NCBI RefSeq assembly: GCF_000143415.4
Contig: NW_003314356.1
Location: 496,001 to 560,000 of the forward strand
Length of the DNA: 64,000 nucleotides
DNA from: Selaginella moellendorffii
Lineage: Eukaryota; Plantae; Lycopodiophyta
Direction: 5' to 3'
Shown here one piece after another: positions 47,299 to 62,045 of the stretch. The translations under genes were made by a program, and so were the position numbers. A model generated the notes under the pieces. The model was given only the letters and a program-made list of their open reading frames with translations, did no database searches and was not told the DNA's origin. The stretch's first letter is position 1. Each line of letters begins with the position of its first letter.

Positions 47299-49459
47299 AT
47301 GGGCTCTGGCGGCTCTGGGAATCATCCGGTAGAGGTGGTGGGTCGCATTCGCGAGCAGCCCGATCCTAAATCCTGTCCGGCCGCTCTGTCGGCGGTGGGG
47401 AATGGGTCGTGTGTGCGCGTCAAGACGGATCAGGGCTACCGCGACTTCCTACTCGACGGTGTCTCTTTCTCTGCGCACGAGAAGCTGGCCGCCTTCTACG
47501 CCAGGTATGTCGAGTCGAGAGTGGACGATGTGCGCTGCGGTGGCCGCTGCACGATCATGATGTATGGGCCGACGGGCGCGGGAAAGAGTCACACCATGTT
47601 TGGGTCGGCCAAGGAACCCGGTGTTGCCTACCTCGCCCTTCATCACGTCATGAGCAAAACCGCTGCTCAGGAGGTTAGCGCCAACGTCCTCGAGATCTAC
47701 AACGAAGATGTGTACGATCTTCTGGCCGGTGGCAACACTCCGCTCTCAAGCCCTGGCCCAAGATGTGCTAAGTCCATCTCTGGACGGGTAAACTTTGACA
47801 AGAATGGCTCTGTTGCCGCCACTCACGCTCTCATGCATGCAGCCCAAGCTGGAGGTGCGGGGCAAGAAAGTCAGGAATGCTACCAGTATCTCGAGCATAG
47901 ATCCCACCAAGCTTGTCCAGGAAATCGCTAGAGTTGAGAAACGACGTGTTGTGAAGAGCACCAACAGCAATGACAGGAGCTCCCGGAGTCACTGCATGGT
48001 GCGTCACTCGCTTTCCCCTTCTTTCCTCCTGCAGAGCTTGAAAGTTGCACCCGTAGGTCGTGCTGAACATCCTTGGTGTGGGCGGAAGGCTGGTGCTCGT
48101 GGACATGGCCGGTTCGGAGAACTCCGAGCAAGCTGGATCAGAGGCAAAGATACAGGTATCGCCCGTCTGGTCTTTCATTGAGTGCATACCATTGTCTGTA
48201 TGTCTGGCAGACCGGAAGAATCAACCAAGGCAACAGTGCTCTCAAGAGAGTTGTGGAGTGTATTGCAAATGGAAACCCGTATATTCCCTACCGGGACAGC
48301 AAGCTTACTATGCTCTTACAGGCAAGCGAGTGCTCTAGGAACGATATCGTCTTATATTCCTTTGCTCCAGGACTCATTTGAGGTCGATGGATCGAAGATA
48401 TTGATGGTTTTGTGCGCCAGTCCAGATCCAAGAGACGTCTACAAAACGATATGCACGCTTGAGTACGGAGCCAAAGCCAAGTGCATTGTTCGGCTTCCAA
48501 CTTCTCCCCCTAGAGACGGCAGCAGTCAGAATAGCAGCGAGGCTGCCCTACAGGCTCGTCTTGAGTTCAAAGACGAGTGCCTGGAGAGGCTGCGTGCGGA
48601 CTACGAGCAGAAAGTGAAGGATCACGAGGAGGAGATGGAGAAGCTGGCAGACAGAGAGATGGAGCTTTCCAATCTGAGGACGAATTTGGAGAGGGTGGAA
48701 GCGGAGTGGTCTGGGAAGATGGCGGAGTTCAGAAAGGAAATGGGTCGTGCGATGGAGCTCAAGAGCCAGGAATTGCGCACAGCGCTCGAACTTGAGGTGC
48801 GAGAGAGGACTCCCGGGCTGGACGTGGGTTCGTCTTCGGAACAAGAACGTTTAACAGAGCTGGAGCGAGTTGTGGAAGATCAGAAGCAAGAAATTGGGCG
48901 GTTGCGTCTGAGGGCCGAGACTGCGGAGGCTGAGCTTGTTCGCTTGCAGCAGTCAACGCGCATGGTAGCAAAGTCCCGGGAGAGAGCGGAGGAGGGGCTG
49001 TTGTGTCTGGACACGAAGCAGCTGACACAGGTATCCGCAGTCGAGAGCTTGAACTCGTGGGCATCGCACGCCGCTTCTCCAAGGCTGCTGTCGTGTGCCG
49101 CTGACAACGGGCCTCCATCTTCGGCACAGACAAACGCTGACTTCAATTTCAGCTGCGCGTTCCAGCAGAAAGCTTCTTCATGTGGTCAAGCAACGTGTCC
49201 GGCCAGTCCTACAAGCCCCACAGATTCGGCTTCGCCCAGTGCTGCAGCAGCCAGGAGAGCCCGGATCGAGAACATCTTCCAGCTGTGCGGGGACGGTCGC
49301 GAGAGGTGCAAGACGGCCAACTCCCCCAAGCCGCCCAAGCCCCCCGGGAACAAGTCGAGCCGTCCGTTGCGGGCGGTGGAAAATCAAACCGCCGCAGTCA
49401 GTCCGCCGCCACCATGCAAGCTGCGCAGGCACGGTGAAAACTTAGCGCCATTCCTCTAA
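47299..49459 (+). CDS. Kinesin, PAKRP2/KIN10A-like, multi-exon
   Basis: HPVEVVGRIR, P-loop MMYGPTGAGKSHT, switch I NDRSSRSH, switch II LVDMAGSE, IPYRDSKLTMLLQDS, coiled coil, RRARIENIFQLCG. Confidence 0.9.
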
Positions 49460-49485
49460 AAGGCTAAGAGGTGCCCTAACCTGCA

Positions 49486-51020
49486 ATGGCTTGTGCGGTG
49501 GTGACCGGAGGCAGAGGGTTCCTGGGACGGCACCTGGTGCACAAGCTGCTGGAATCCGGCAAATGGGAGGTGGTGCGGATCATGGATCTGGCGGCTGGCC
49601 TGGCGGTGGACGCGGATGAGGAGAAGGCGTTGAGCGCGGCTCTGGAGAGCGGCAGGGCGCAATACGCTGGGGTTGATCTCCGCAATCTCCCCCAGGTGAT
49701 TCAAGGTTGTATGCCACGAAGCGCTTGCGTGGTTGGTTGACACGCTACGCTCTCCTCCTTTTGACTTGACAGCTCTCGAGCATGCCACCGTTGTCTTTCA
49801 CATGGCTGCACCCGATTCCTCCATCAGCGACTGGAAGCTGCACCACTCGGTCAATGTGATTGGTAAGTGGCCGGCCATCCATCCAAGCAATCAGATCCCG
49901 AGTGTTGGGTGTTGCAAGGCACGCGCAATGTGATTGAGGCGTGCATCGAGCAGGGTGTGCACAAGCTCATCTACACCAGCTCACCCAGCGTTGTGTTTGA
50001 CTACATCAATGGGGTCAAGGATGCGGATGAGAGCCTGGCGTACCCAGCCAAGGTGCACTCTCTCTCTCTCTTTCACCCTCTCTGGCTTGTGAACTTGAGG
50101 AGCTTGTTACCTGCAGCTCATGGATTCGTACTCTGAAACCAAGGCGCAAGCCGAAGCACTTGTCCTGGATGCCAACGGTAGGCATGGGCTGGCCACCTGC
50201 GCTATCCGCCCGAGTGGGCTGTTTGGGCCGGGTGACCGGCTGTTTCTACCGTCGATTGTGGCAGCAGCCAGAGCAGGCAAGCTCAAGGTGTGCGCTTCCG
50301 GTGTCGATGGCCGAGACTCACGTGTGCCTTGACTGCTTCAGTTTCAGATCGGGAGCGGCGACAACAAGTTCGACTGGACCTATGTTGAGAACGTGGTTCA
50401 TGCTCACGTGTGTGCCGAGGAGGCATTGGTGGATGCAAGCGGTGTTGCTGCTGGCAAGGTAAGGCCATTGTGTTCCTCCCTTCCCTGGAGGTCAGGTCGC
50501 TTGCTCGCAGGCCTACTTCATCACCAACTGCGAGCCGGTCAAGTTCTGGGAGTTTCTGTCCGAGTTCCTGGAGCGATTGGGATACTCGCGGTGCGTGGGG
50601 CAAGCGTTGCATCGAGTGTATGAGCTAACTCTGGCTTCCTTGTGCGTTGTTCCATGATGCAGGCCCCAGTACCAGCTGCCAGTCGCCTTGGTTCTGCCCC
50701 TGGCCTGCATTGCCGAGTGGGCTTGCAAGCAGCTTGCACCGCTGGGGGTCCCGATGACGCAGTTCACCCCCGCCAGGATACGCTACATGACCTTGTGGCG
50801 AACATTCAGCTGCGACCGAGCCGCGAGTCTGCTCAAGTACAAGCCGCTCTACACAGTGGAGGAGGGCATCCAGCGGACGGTGGCGTCGTTCCAGCACCTG
50901 CGGGCTTCCCCAGCCGCCGCCGGCGATGGCAAGTCAGCGGCACGTTGGTGGTGGATGGTCCTTGTAGCCGTCGTTTTGCTCGCGGTATTTTTCCAGAGAT
51001 TCCTCCACGAGGTAGCCTAG
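49486..51020 (+). CDS. 3beta-hydroxysteroid dehydrogenase/C4-decarboxylase (NSDHL/ERG26-like), multi-exon
   Basis: [29 protein letters not shown], catalytic [27 protein letters not shown]; C-terminal hydrophobic helix. Confidence 0.93.
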
Positions 51021-51072
51021 ACTAAAGAAAGAAACATTTTGGTGCGAAATAGGCGAGATTTAGGTCGTGGTG

Positions 51073-52581
51073 ATGGCGGCACTGGTGCTGGGCGGAGCTG
51101 TTGTGAGTCGGACAGAAAGGCTGGTGCCGCTGTCTTGCTACGGTGATGCAAGGCGGCGCCATGAGCGGCGGCGGCGGCGGCAGTGGGATGGCAAGACGCA
51201 GCAGCAGCAGCAGCAGCAGCAGGAGGAGGAAGAGAGCAGGGTGAGCATCACGGTGGAGGATCTCGGCAGCAGCGCAAGGGATGCCCTTGTGCGGATGGCA
51301 CGAAGGGGCGACGAGTGGCGAGCAAGCCTCGTGTCTATGACTTGCTCTGCTGCTGTGGTCGGGCGATCCGCGTCCGCAGCAGACTTGATGGGCTTGGGGG
51401 CGCTGTGCCTGCTTCTCGTGGCTCTGGCGACCAAGGCTGTCATGGCCTTGGCGGCCAGGGGAAAGAGGAAGCTAGTGGTGAGGAGAGATCGGAGCTTGGG
51501 CGGCAGGGAAGTCGTAGTTGCCGCGCACAACAAGATACAGAGCAGGCCCCTGATCCCTCTCCACGATTCCCCATCCAACCTTGAGAGGCGGCAGCAGCAG
51601 CAACGGCGGCCAAGGAAGGAGGAGCTGCCTGCATGGTGGCGCCACGCATCATCACCATCCGCCGGTGATTCGTTTGCTCAAGCCGAGGCCAATGCGCTTG
51701 TGCGAGGTAAGGAATATTGTGGAGTGGCACATATGCTCTTGCTTGAGAATCAGGACTTGTGCAGCGGTTGTCAACAAGCGTTTGGGTGGCGTAGACTTCG
51801 ACGAGGAGGACGCTGTACAGGTAGAAAACACATACACATAGACACACGCGCGCATTTGAGCTCAACTGTTTGGTAAGGCTGGCTGTGTTGTGTGCTTGTG
51901 TTCAGCTCAGACAGATTTGCAGACACTCTGGTGCAAGGGTTGATTTTGGCACCGAAAACACTCGTGATTCCTTCTTCCGAGCGGCCGTTGGATTCGTTTT
52001 GTCTGCCTGTTCCAGGTAGTAGCTATGTTCGTCTCCACGCTTAGCTTAAAGCTGTGGTTTCCAGGCTAATAAGCTCCGGTGACAGCGAGGTGGAATACGG
52101 CGGGGAAAGCATGGTGTCTTTCGTGTGTGGTTTGGCCGCAAATATAGGCTTGGAGCCTGCGAAGGCAGCTTCAATTGTGAATGCTGCTGTTGCTGCACGC
52201 ACTCGTGCAGGATTTTTGCAGGCGTGGGTAAGTAAGAATTTCTGAGGCCATTGCTGGCACTGAGGGGTTGGTTGCAGGCGAACGTTGCCCAAGAGAGGAT
52301 GAGCGACGCCATGTCCGACATCAGGCAGCTCGTGTGCATGCACCGGGTTTTCCCTCCCGAGCCTAACTCGGTAAGCGAAGTGTGTGCACGTATGAAGTTT
52401 CCAAAAACTCCTTTCTCCACAGCCTCACATGGAGATGGTTGGCCGTGGCCTAGAAGCACACCTTACTCCCCAGGAGCGACTGGAGCTGCTGCAAATCTAC
52501 TCCAAGCTATCGGCACAAGGGGCTCGTGTGGCAGAGGAAGCTCTGTCACTTCCTTCTTCCTGGATCAGCCTAGGTGACTGA
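51073..52581 (+). CDS. Conserved plant protein of unknown function (one TM segment, possibly plastid), multi-exon
   Basis: VRRDRSLGGREVVVA, LPAWW, QLRQICRHSG..ENTRDSFFRAAV, AAVAARTRAGFLQAW, FPPEPNSPHMEMVGRGLE; spliceable GT-AG exon chain to TGA 52579-52581. Confidence 0.75.
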
Positions 52582-53056
52582 CTAATCGATCCCTCTGGTA
52601 GGCCGAACCAATCGACAAGAGCCAATCAAGAAAGCTGCATGTCGTGGCACCAAAGTTTTTGTGTTGGACCGTCCTTATCTGGTTTGGTTTCGAGCAATAT
52701 GAGCGAGCTAGCGAGAGTGCGAGAGAGTTTAAAACGCAGAGTGCCTTGCAAGCCACGACGGGAGACAGGCAGGATAATGATATGTTTAGTTGCAAAACAG
52801 GAGCGTACATTGTGCGAAAACACCGCGATCAAAACTCATTCTCTCTAGTTCGCTCTCTCCTGATTCTCTCTCTCTCTCTCTCTCTCTCGGACACGACGGA
52901 TTCCGTGATTTGCTGCAGTTAGCCGAGAGCTGATTTGGAGGCGGATCTCACGGGCTCGAGAGAGCTCATCAAGGGCGCTGGATGTTCCGATCGCAGGGCA
53001 TGGGCGAGGCGCAGGCTTAAGGAGACCAGCCATGAGCAGCAGCAGCGGCAGCGGCA

Positions 53057-56000
53057 ATGCAGCTGCAGGCATTGGGCGTTCTACTGGAGGTGCTGCTGCT
53101 GCTGGCGGGGACTTGTTTGGGGCAGCTGGATGTGGTGCTCACGCGCCGGCCCCCGCCGGCAAGCTCCCACACCAACGTCTCGTTCCAGTTTGATGTCTTG
53201 GATGGGAAAGGGCGCCATCCCTGTGCCACATTACCATGCTCCATTCGCTGCAGGGTGGGTTTCAGGCTGTGCGTTTTCTTGCTCTTGATGGTTTGCTTTC
53301 CCTCCCCTTCAGCTGGACCAACTCGCGTCGGAGGATTGCTCGGGCCGCGCGGGAGTGTCTTACAGCAACCTGCGAGACGCCAGGCATACGTTTGAGGTGT
53401 CTGTCAACACGTCGACTGGGCTCCGCGCCTCTGCGCACTACTCGTGGATCGTAGGTATATATGGATCTAAGCATCTCTCCTATTGGCTGATCAGATGCGA
53501 TATGACTTTCACAGACACGATCGCTCCCACAGCCGCCATAGTTCCCAGCCAGACCTTCACCAACGGTTTCAATGTCGCTGTGCGTTTTGTCTTCAGTGAA
53601 CCCTGCATCGCGCCCAATGGTTTGCAGTTCTCGTGCGCAAGCGAGTCGAGCTGTCCCGTAAGTAGAGAAAGGGTGGTAATCATCTCAAGTGATTTTTGTC
53701 CATGGCTTACTCAGCTGGTGGTGCGTGGTCCGGGAGCTCTGCTGCCCTCATCGTTCAAAGTTATTCGTGACAACGTCGAGTACAGCTTGAGCGTCTCCCT
53801 CTCCAACTCCACCGCCAAGGGCCGGATCCTGCTGGTCATGGCCAAAGCTCTGTGCTCCGATGCAGCCGGTAACGTGTTCGTCAGGAGCAGCAACTCGGTT
53901 GCCATTGTCCGCTTTGGTAGGTGGATGAGCTCATTACGAGTCTGATATCATCTCTTTCAATTTGCAGATCGCGGTGCCGTATTCGTCAATCTGTGGACGC
54001 CCGTCGCCGACTCTCTCCTTCTTGTGAACAACGTGGCGAGGACAGTCGAGACCACCAACAGGGTGGAGGATCTCAAAATCTACCTGGATTTTACGGAGCC
54101 CGTGCTGAACACAACACAGCAGCTGTCCGCGTTGCTGCGCCCCAACCTTGGGGTGCTTGAGCCTACCAGACGAAAGAGTCGAGGCAACCGAAGGTTTGCT
54201 TTCTTGGTGGGTGAATACAATACTAGACCATTTATGAATGACTCATGCTTTCTTTGCAGCTCACGAACATATCGACTACGAGTGCTGTCATCACCGTGGA
54301 GCTGCAGTCGAGCCTTGTTATCAGCAGAGCTGGCTCCCGTGTGCAGCCCGTAGCCCCAGCCAGCTTCTTGTTTGGTGCGGACGTAACTGATCATGACGTT
54401 GTTGTCAAGGTGCTCACAAGAATTGTGTCGTTTCAGATCAAGTGAGGCCTCAAGCTCTCGTTAGCACGCTATGGACGTCGCCAGCTAAAACGAGGAACCG
54501 TCTGTTTCCAGTGCTGATCCGGTTCTCGGAGCCGGTCTTTCAGTTTACATCCGCAGCTGTGTCTACAGAAGGCGGAAGAGTTTCCAGGTACAAAGATCAA
54601 TGAGGTCTCGAGGTTTGATGTGATTTTCTTGTGTTAGTTTCAAGGAGTTGTCTGAGGCGACATATTTCCTGGAGGTTACAATTACTCGGGAAGATGATGT
54701 TGTCTCAGTTTTTGTTCCAGAGAATGCTACAACTGACGTTGCTGGGAACACAAACTTGGCATCCAACTTGTTGCGAGTGAGGCATTGTACGATGTTTGCA
54801 CGCTGCGTCTTGAAAGGCCATGACTAAAGATTGTTTCCGTCCGGTGAGCAGACACTGTACCTCCCATATCCGGCGCACTCTATTCCTTGATTTCTGCTGG
54901 CTTGCTCGCAACAGCGGTGTTCTCTGCAGCCCTCTCCATCTCATGTGCAAGCTTAGCAGCAGCCGGAGCTCTAACCAGCAGCACCGTCAGTGCTATTGTC
55001 ACAGATCCTTCACGAAATCTGCTGGTAAGAGCATAAAAAGTGCATCTATCTGTCGCCTAAAAGGTGATTCGATTCCCAGGGAATGGTCGGTCACCTCCAG
55101 GTATTTGCTCTGTCCGAGAGACTGACCGTTAGGAGCGTGCCGCGTGAGTATTCTGAGAGCGTGAGGGGACTACGATGGCTCATTCCACACGTCAAAGTCC
55201 CATGGGAGAAGGACCGACCGGTGTCTGATGCGTTTGATATCGACTCGCAGCCCGCTCCATCTTTGGTCGAGACAAGGTGGCGGAAGCTGCACGCTGCCAT
55301 GCCATTGCATGGACGAAAGCTTGGCTCAAATTCGTCTACTTTCGGACCTCCTCTACGAGCTGCCGAATACCAGAGCTATTTTGAGGTTTCGTGGAATAAT
55401 CCAATGGCACCTTTTTTGACTGCTGCTTGCAGAAACCGCAAACTACTTCTTCTCTTCAAGACTTGCTGAGGCGCAAGTACACGGGGTAAGCCATCTTCAT
55501 TTTCAACATTTGCTTCATTCCGAGTGGGCTATGAAGGTGGCACGATTTTGAGAGGAATGTGTTTTGGTTGGCGGTGGCTGGACTGGCTCTCACACTTGTT
55601 CACCTGGCTACGTTGACGTTTCTGAGATGGCGAACCAAGACATCGGTGCGGGGAGCCCTCACGGTTCCTAGATTCGAGCTCTTCTTGGCCCTGCTTTCCT
55701 TGCCTTGCATCACGCAAGCTTGTGCATTCGTTATATCGGGTACGTGGTTCATGAAAAATGCTGTACCACGAATTTACTTAATTGTGGGTCGCAGGAGGCA
55801 GCGTTGCTGGGATTGTGGTGGGCGTGATACTTCTGGGATTGCCTGCCGCGTTCATGCTGTGCGTCTCTCTCTTCCTGGCCGTAGGGGTGGGCAATGCGGC
55901 ATTTGTACAGTACCAAGAGGTGAGTTTAGTGGGGAGGAAGCAGGTCTCCTGTCATGAAGCAGTGTTAGCGTCCGTGGTTGGCAAGCGGACTTTTGGGAGG

Positions 56001-57062
56001 TGGGTGCGCAAGGCGGGGCTGTCGTCTACGTTTCTGCCCAGGTATGGGTTGCTGTTTGAAGACCGTAAAGGTCCTCCCAAAGTGGTGGTGGTGGATGCGG
56101 AGCAAGAGGCGACGGCATGGGTTGACAGTGGCTCCAACGGCATTGGAAGGATGAAAGGGATCAACTGGGAGGGCGAGCAGGCGGAGCACGCCGCTAAATG
56201 GAGCAGGAGATGGTCTGTGGGAGCAGCCAGGACGGCTTACATCGTTGTGGACATGCTCCGCCGGGCAGCCCTGGGGATCCTTTTTGGCGCGTACCCGGCT
56301 GCAATTGGTGGTGGAACAAGCCAGGTTCTGAGTGCGCTGCTCATCACCGCGTCCCAGCTGCTCTACTTGATGCTGCTCAAGCCTTTGATTCGGCGGGGCG
56401 TCCACGCGGTGGAGGCGGTGTCGCTGGCGTGTGAAGCGGGAGTCTTCGCGACTGCTCTTGCGCTGTCATGGCATCGGTATGGCAAGGCTAGTGCATTTGT
56501 CATGCTGGCCTTTCTGCTCGTCACCTTCATAGCGCAGCTTGTGAATGAGTGGTATGCACTCATGGGACTGCTGCTCCGCCTGCCATCCGCGGAGCAGCCG
56601 TCGCTCAGCCTGGGGCTCAAGATGCTGCTGCGGGGCCTGCTGCTGCCGTTTGTCCCCCGTTCAAAGTGGTCCAAGTTCGTCACCCCGCACGCGAACAGGC
56701 AGCCGGCGACTGGCCTCGCCCCGGTGGTGCACTTCACTAGTCCGTCACCAGACTTCCAACAAGCACGGTCCATACGGCCGGATCAGGCCGGAGTGGAGGT
56801 TCCGGCACCGGATCCACAGCTGCCGCGGTCGCCAGCGGGAGGAAACAAGAAACAGACGTGGAATGAGTGGGTGAGATCGCTGTCCTTGTCGTCGTCGGCG
56901 CGGCCGCAGGAGGAGACACTCAAGGTGTTGCGGGAGCTCGCCAGAGCCAGCTTCCCGGGAGGAGATGAAGTGCGGGGCAAGCAAAAGATTGGCTGTGGGA
57001 GCAGTGCGGAGGAAACCACGTCGTCGTCGTCGTCGGGCGGTGCTGTTGCCCAGGAGAGATGA
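53057..57062 (+). CDS. Signal peptide, bacterial-Ig-like ectodomain and multipass membrane protein (At3g48200-like by recollection), multi-exon
   Basis: Hydrophobic N-terminus; repeated Ig-like motifs DTIAPTA, FVFSEP, DAAGN, FTEPV, FSEPV, DVAGN; GHLQVFALS, PRFELFL, YGLLFED and many TM helices. Confidence 0.8.
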
Positions 57063-57097
57063 ATCCTCAGAAAAAACGCGAAATGAAAAGTTTTAGC

Positions 57098-57105
57098 TAG
57101 GGTTT
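57098..57105 (-). promoter_or_regulatory. Telo-box (AAACCCTA) upstream of ICDH
   Basis: TAGGGTTT 18 bp before the ATG at 57123. Confidence 0.5.
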
Positions 57106-57122
57106 AACTAGGTCTGGCTTTG

Positions 57123-59294
<2,172 letters not shown>

Positions 59295-59458
59295 CCAGAC
59301 TTACTTTGTGCGCTCAGTCATTTATATTCATTCCATTTGATAACAGGGAGGAGCCGCTTCTTCAAGGCCGCTGAGAATCAAAGTACAATAACTTGCTTCT
59401 CCGCAAGAAAAGTTTGTACAGAACGGAAATAAAGACTGCGCTTCTACACAAGCCTCTT

Positions 59459-61271
59459 TCACTTAACGTCTTCTTCATCAAATGCACCCAGGGCCTTCAT
59501 GTCCTCCAGAAAAGCGGAATAGGAGTCGTCGATGCTTTGAGGCTTGACAGCTAGAACGGGAGGCCTCGGTGTTATGGCTGGGGCAGCAGCGTGAGTTACA
59601 GACGGCTTAGGCTTTGCTTTCGGTGCTGTTTCTCTTCTAACTCTCACAGACGCTGGCACCTGTCAAGGGAGTCGCAAAATGAAATAAATAGGTAACTTTC
59701 GAAGTTACGTACCATGGCAGTGAGGCCCGGAGTGTGCTGTGCTAGGGGTCGCTTTGTCGCTGTTGGGGCCGCAGACTTGACATAGAATGGCTTATTGGTG
59801 GTGGTGGTCTTAGGGGGGGCTTCTTGTGCTGTTGCTCTTGGTGCTACAGCTGCTGGAGGAACACTGCCGTAGGCCATGCCAACGTGAGGAAGACCTGGCG
59901 GTGGTGGAAACGTGAAATGTGGCTGTGATATACCAGCTGGTGGTGCAACCATTCCAGGAGGGGCCAGCGGCAACCTTGGAGGAACAGGGGGCGGAGGTCT
60001 CATTGCTGGTGGTGGTGGTGGTGGTGGTGGTGGGAGTGGTGTCATTTGCATCGGCGTTACTAAGGGTGGCCGGACCACAGCAGATGACGTTGAGGCAGCT
60101 TTTTCTCGTTCAGAGTCGGAGTCGTCATCGTCATCGTCGTCGTCATTATCATCGTCTCCAGAGTCTTGAGGTGGTGTATCTGCCAACTACATGCCAACAA
60201 AGGGTCAACACTATGACAAGAAGCACGCTATACGAACCTCTGCTCTCGCATCGTTCCCTGCTGAGGTAGAGGGCTCCCCGGGAGGTGGAATATACGTCAT
60301 AGTCGAAGGCTTGGGTGGCAAGCGAGGAGCAGGAGGCGGCGGAGGAACGGGCACAGAGAGCGGGTCCAACTCACTCACTTCCCTGCTCACAGGCAAAGGT
60401 GGCGGAGGAGGCGGCGGCGGGAGAGGCACAGCTACATTCAGCTCGGGCGCTGAAATCACATGGACACCAACATTAGGGACTTGAGAGCTGATATTGAGCG
60501 ATCGCGACATGTACCTGATCCTGTGAATGGTCTGTACATTGGCGGCTTCCCAGGTGGTGGAACTCCAGCGGGATTTAGCGTCGTATGGTCATACGCAGAG
60601 TCCTGGAACTTGTTGTAAGCACAAGTACAATGGAGTGCGGGACCGTGTCACCTGAGGTGTGTATGGCTTGTCGTCGTCTTCTTCGCCTGGAGCTTTTGCT
60701 CGAGGAGCAGGCAAGTGGCTGTCATCCAATAGACCTGTCAGATGGTTTGGCACAAAGGCATAAAATCTCTAGCAACAAACAGCTTACCTGAACATAACCG
60801 GATCTTCTCCTTTTTCTTTCATCTTGTCCACGTACTCCTGGTTGCACCCAGCGTTTTATGATTGGTACCCACAACCTGGGAGGTTTCAAGAGCATACCTT
60901 TCTCTTCTTGAGAACGAGGTTGAGAGTGTCCTCGAGCTGCCGCTTCTTGTGCCGCCTCGTCTTGTCCAGAGCTCCATCTGCTTCTGTATCTAAAACGTTT
61001 GCCGCGCACTGTTTGTCAGTGTTGGCCTAGAAATGCATGCGCGCTTACTCTGGGTGTCGAGCTTCTTGATCTGGTCCTTGAGAGCCTCCGGGTCCTTTTT
61101 GAGAATGCCCACCTCCCTCACCTTCTTCCTCTCCTTTTTGTTCTGCAAACATGGAATTGAGCGACAGGAAGAGCAAGAGCAAGCGCAACTCACTCGTTTC
61201 AACTCCTTCTTGCGCAGCTCCTTGCGGTATGCGTCCGTGGGATTCATCGCCTTGCCGCCCTTGCTCTTCAT
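59459..61271 (-). CDS. WBP11-family splicing factor (EARLY FLOWERING 5-like), multi-exon
   Basis: [33 protein letters not shown], proline-rich middle, [27 protein letters not shown]. Confidence 0.9.
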
Positions 61272-61351
61272 GGCTCCAGCCCTTGTGCCCTAGAAAATGA
61301 TAGCCTAGGGCAGACTATTATTTACAGTTGCGCAAACAAAACAATACGAGC

Positions 61352-62011
61352 CTAGAATCTGGTGGAGGATGGGATCCGGGTCATTCCCGAGGGCACAAAT
61401 CCCCGCTTCTTCCTCAGGTAGAGCACCGGCGAGAACACCGCCAGCAACCCCAGCATGATTCCCTGCGACCAAACAAGCGTGATGGGATGACACTCGAAAA
61501 CAAATTGGGCCACCCACCTCGAAGCCGACAACGCTGAGCCTGTCCTCGGGAACGGACGGCACGCAGCTCCTGTAAATGTGGAAGATGTTGCTGCTGCTGC
61601 TGTCTTGCTGCCTCGCGCTTGCCGCCTTGCGGGGGGCTCCCTCCTCGTCTTGTCGGGTGACGCTCACGCACTTGTACGGCATGTAGTAGCCCGTGGCGGA
61701 GCAGTGGTAGACGTCATCGTTTTCCTGCCATGGCGCCCGTGGGGCATCAGGCGCAAGCAAGAGATGGTGAAACAGTCCCTGGAAAACCTTTTGAGCGAGG
61801 GCGCAGGGCACGCAGCGCTGGGACGCGATGCATTCGAAGCTGGAATTCCCCTGTTGCTCCGATATCACCAGAGGCGAGGATGACGACGATGCCGTGCTGG
61901 AGATACGAGCACACATGAATCCATCCATCCATCCATCCACAGGCCGAGGGAAGCTTACCATTGATGCGCAACCACGAGCAAGAGGCCAAGTGCCAGCCAC
62001 CGCTGCGCCAT
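61352..62011 (-). CDS. Small type-I membrane protein with Cys-rich ectodomain (JTB-like), 4 exons
   Basis: MAQRWLALGLLLVVAH signal; C..CVPC..YHCSATGY..KC..YRSC; RLSVVGFE + TM + RKKR; GT-AG introns give an open frame to TAG 61352-61354. Confidence 0.75.
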
Positions 62012-62045
62012 TGCGCAACCTAACCCTAAAGTCGGGCACCACTCC

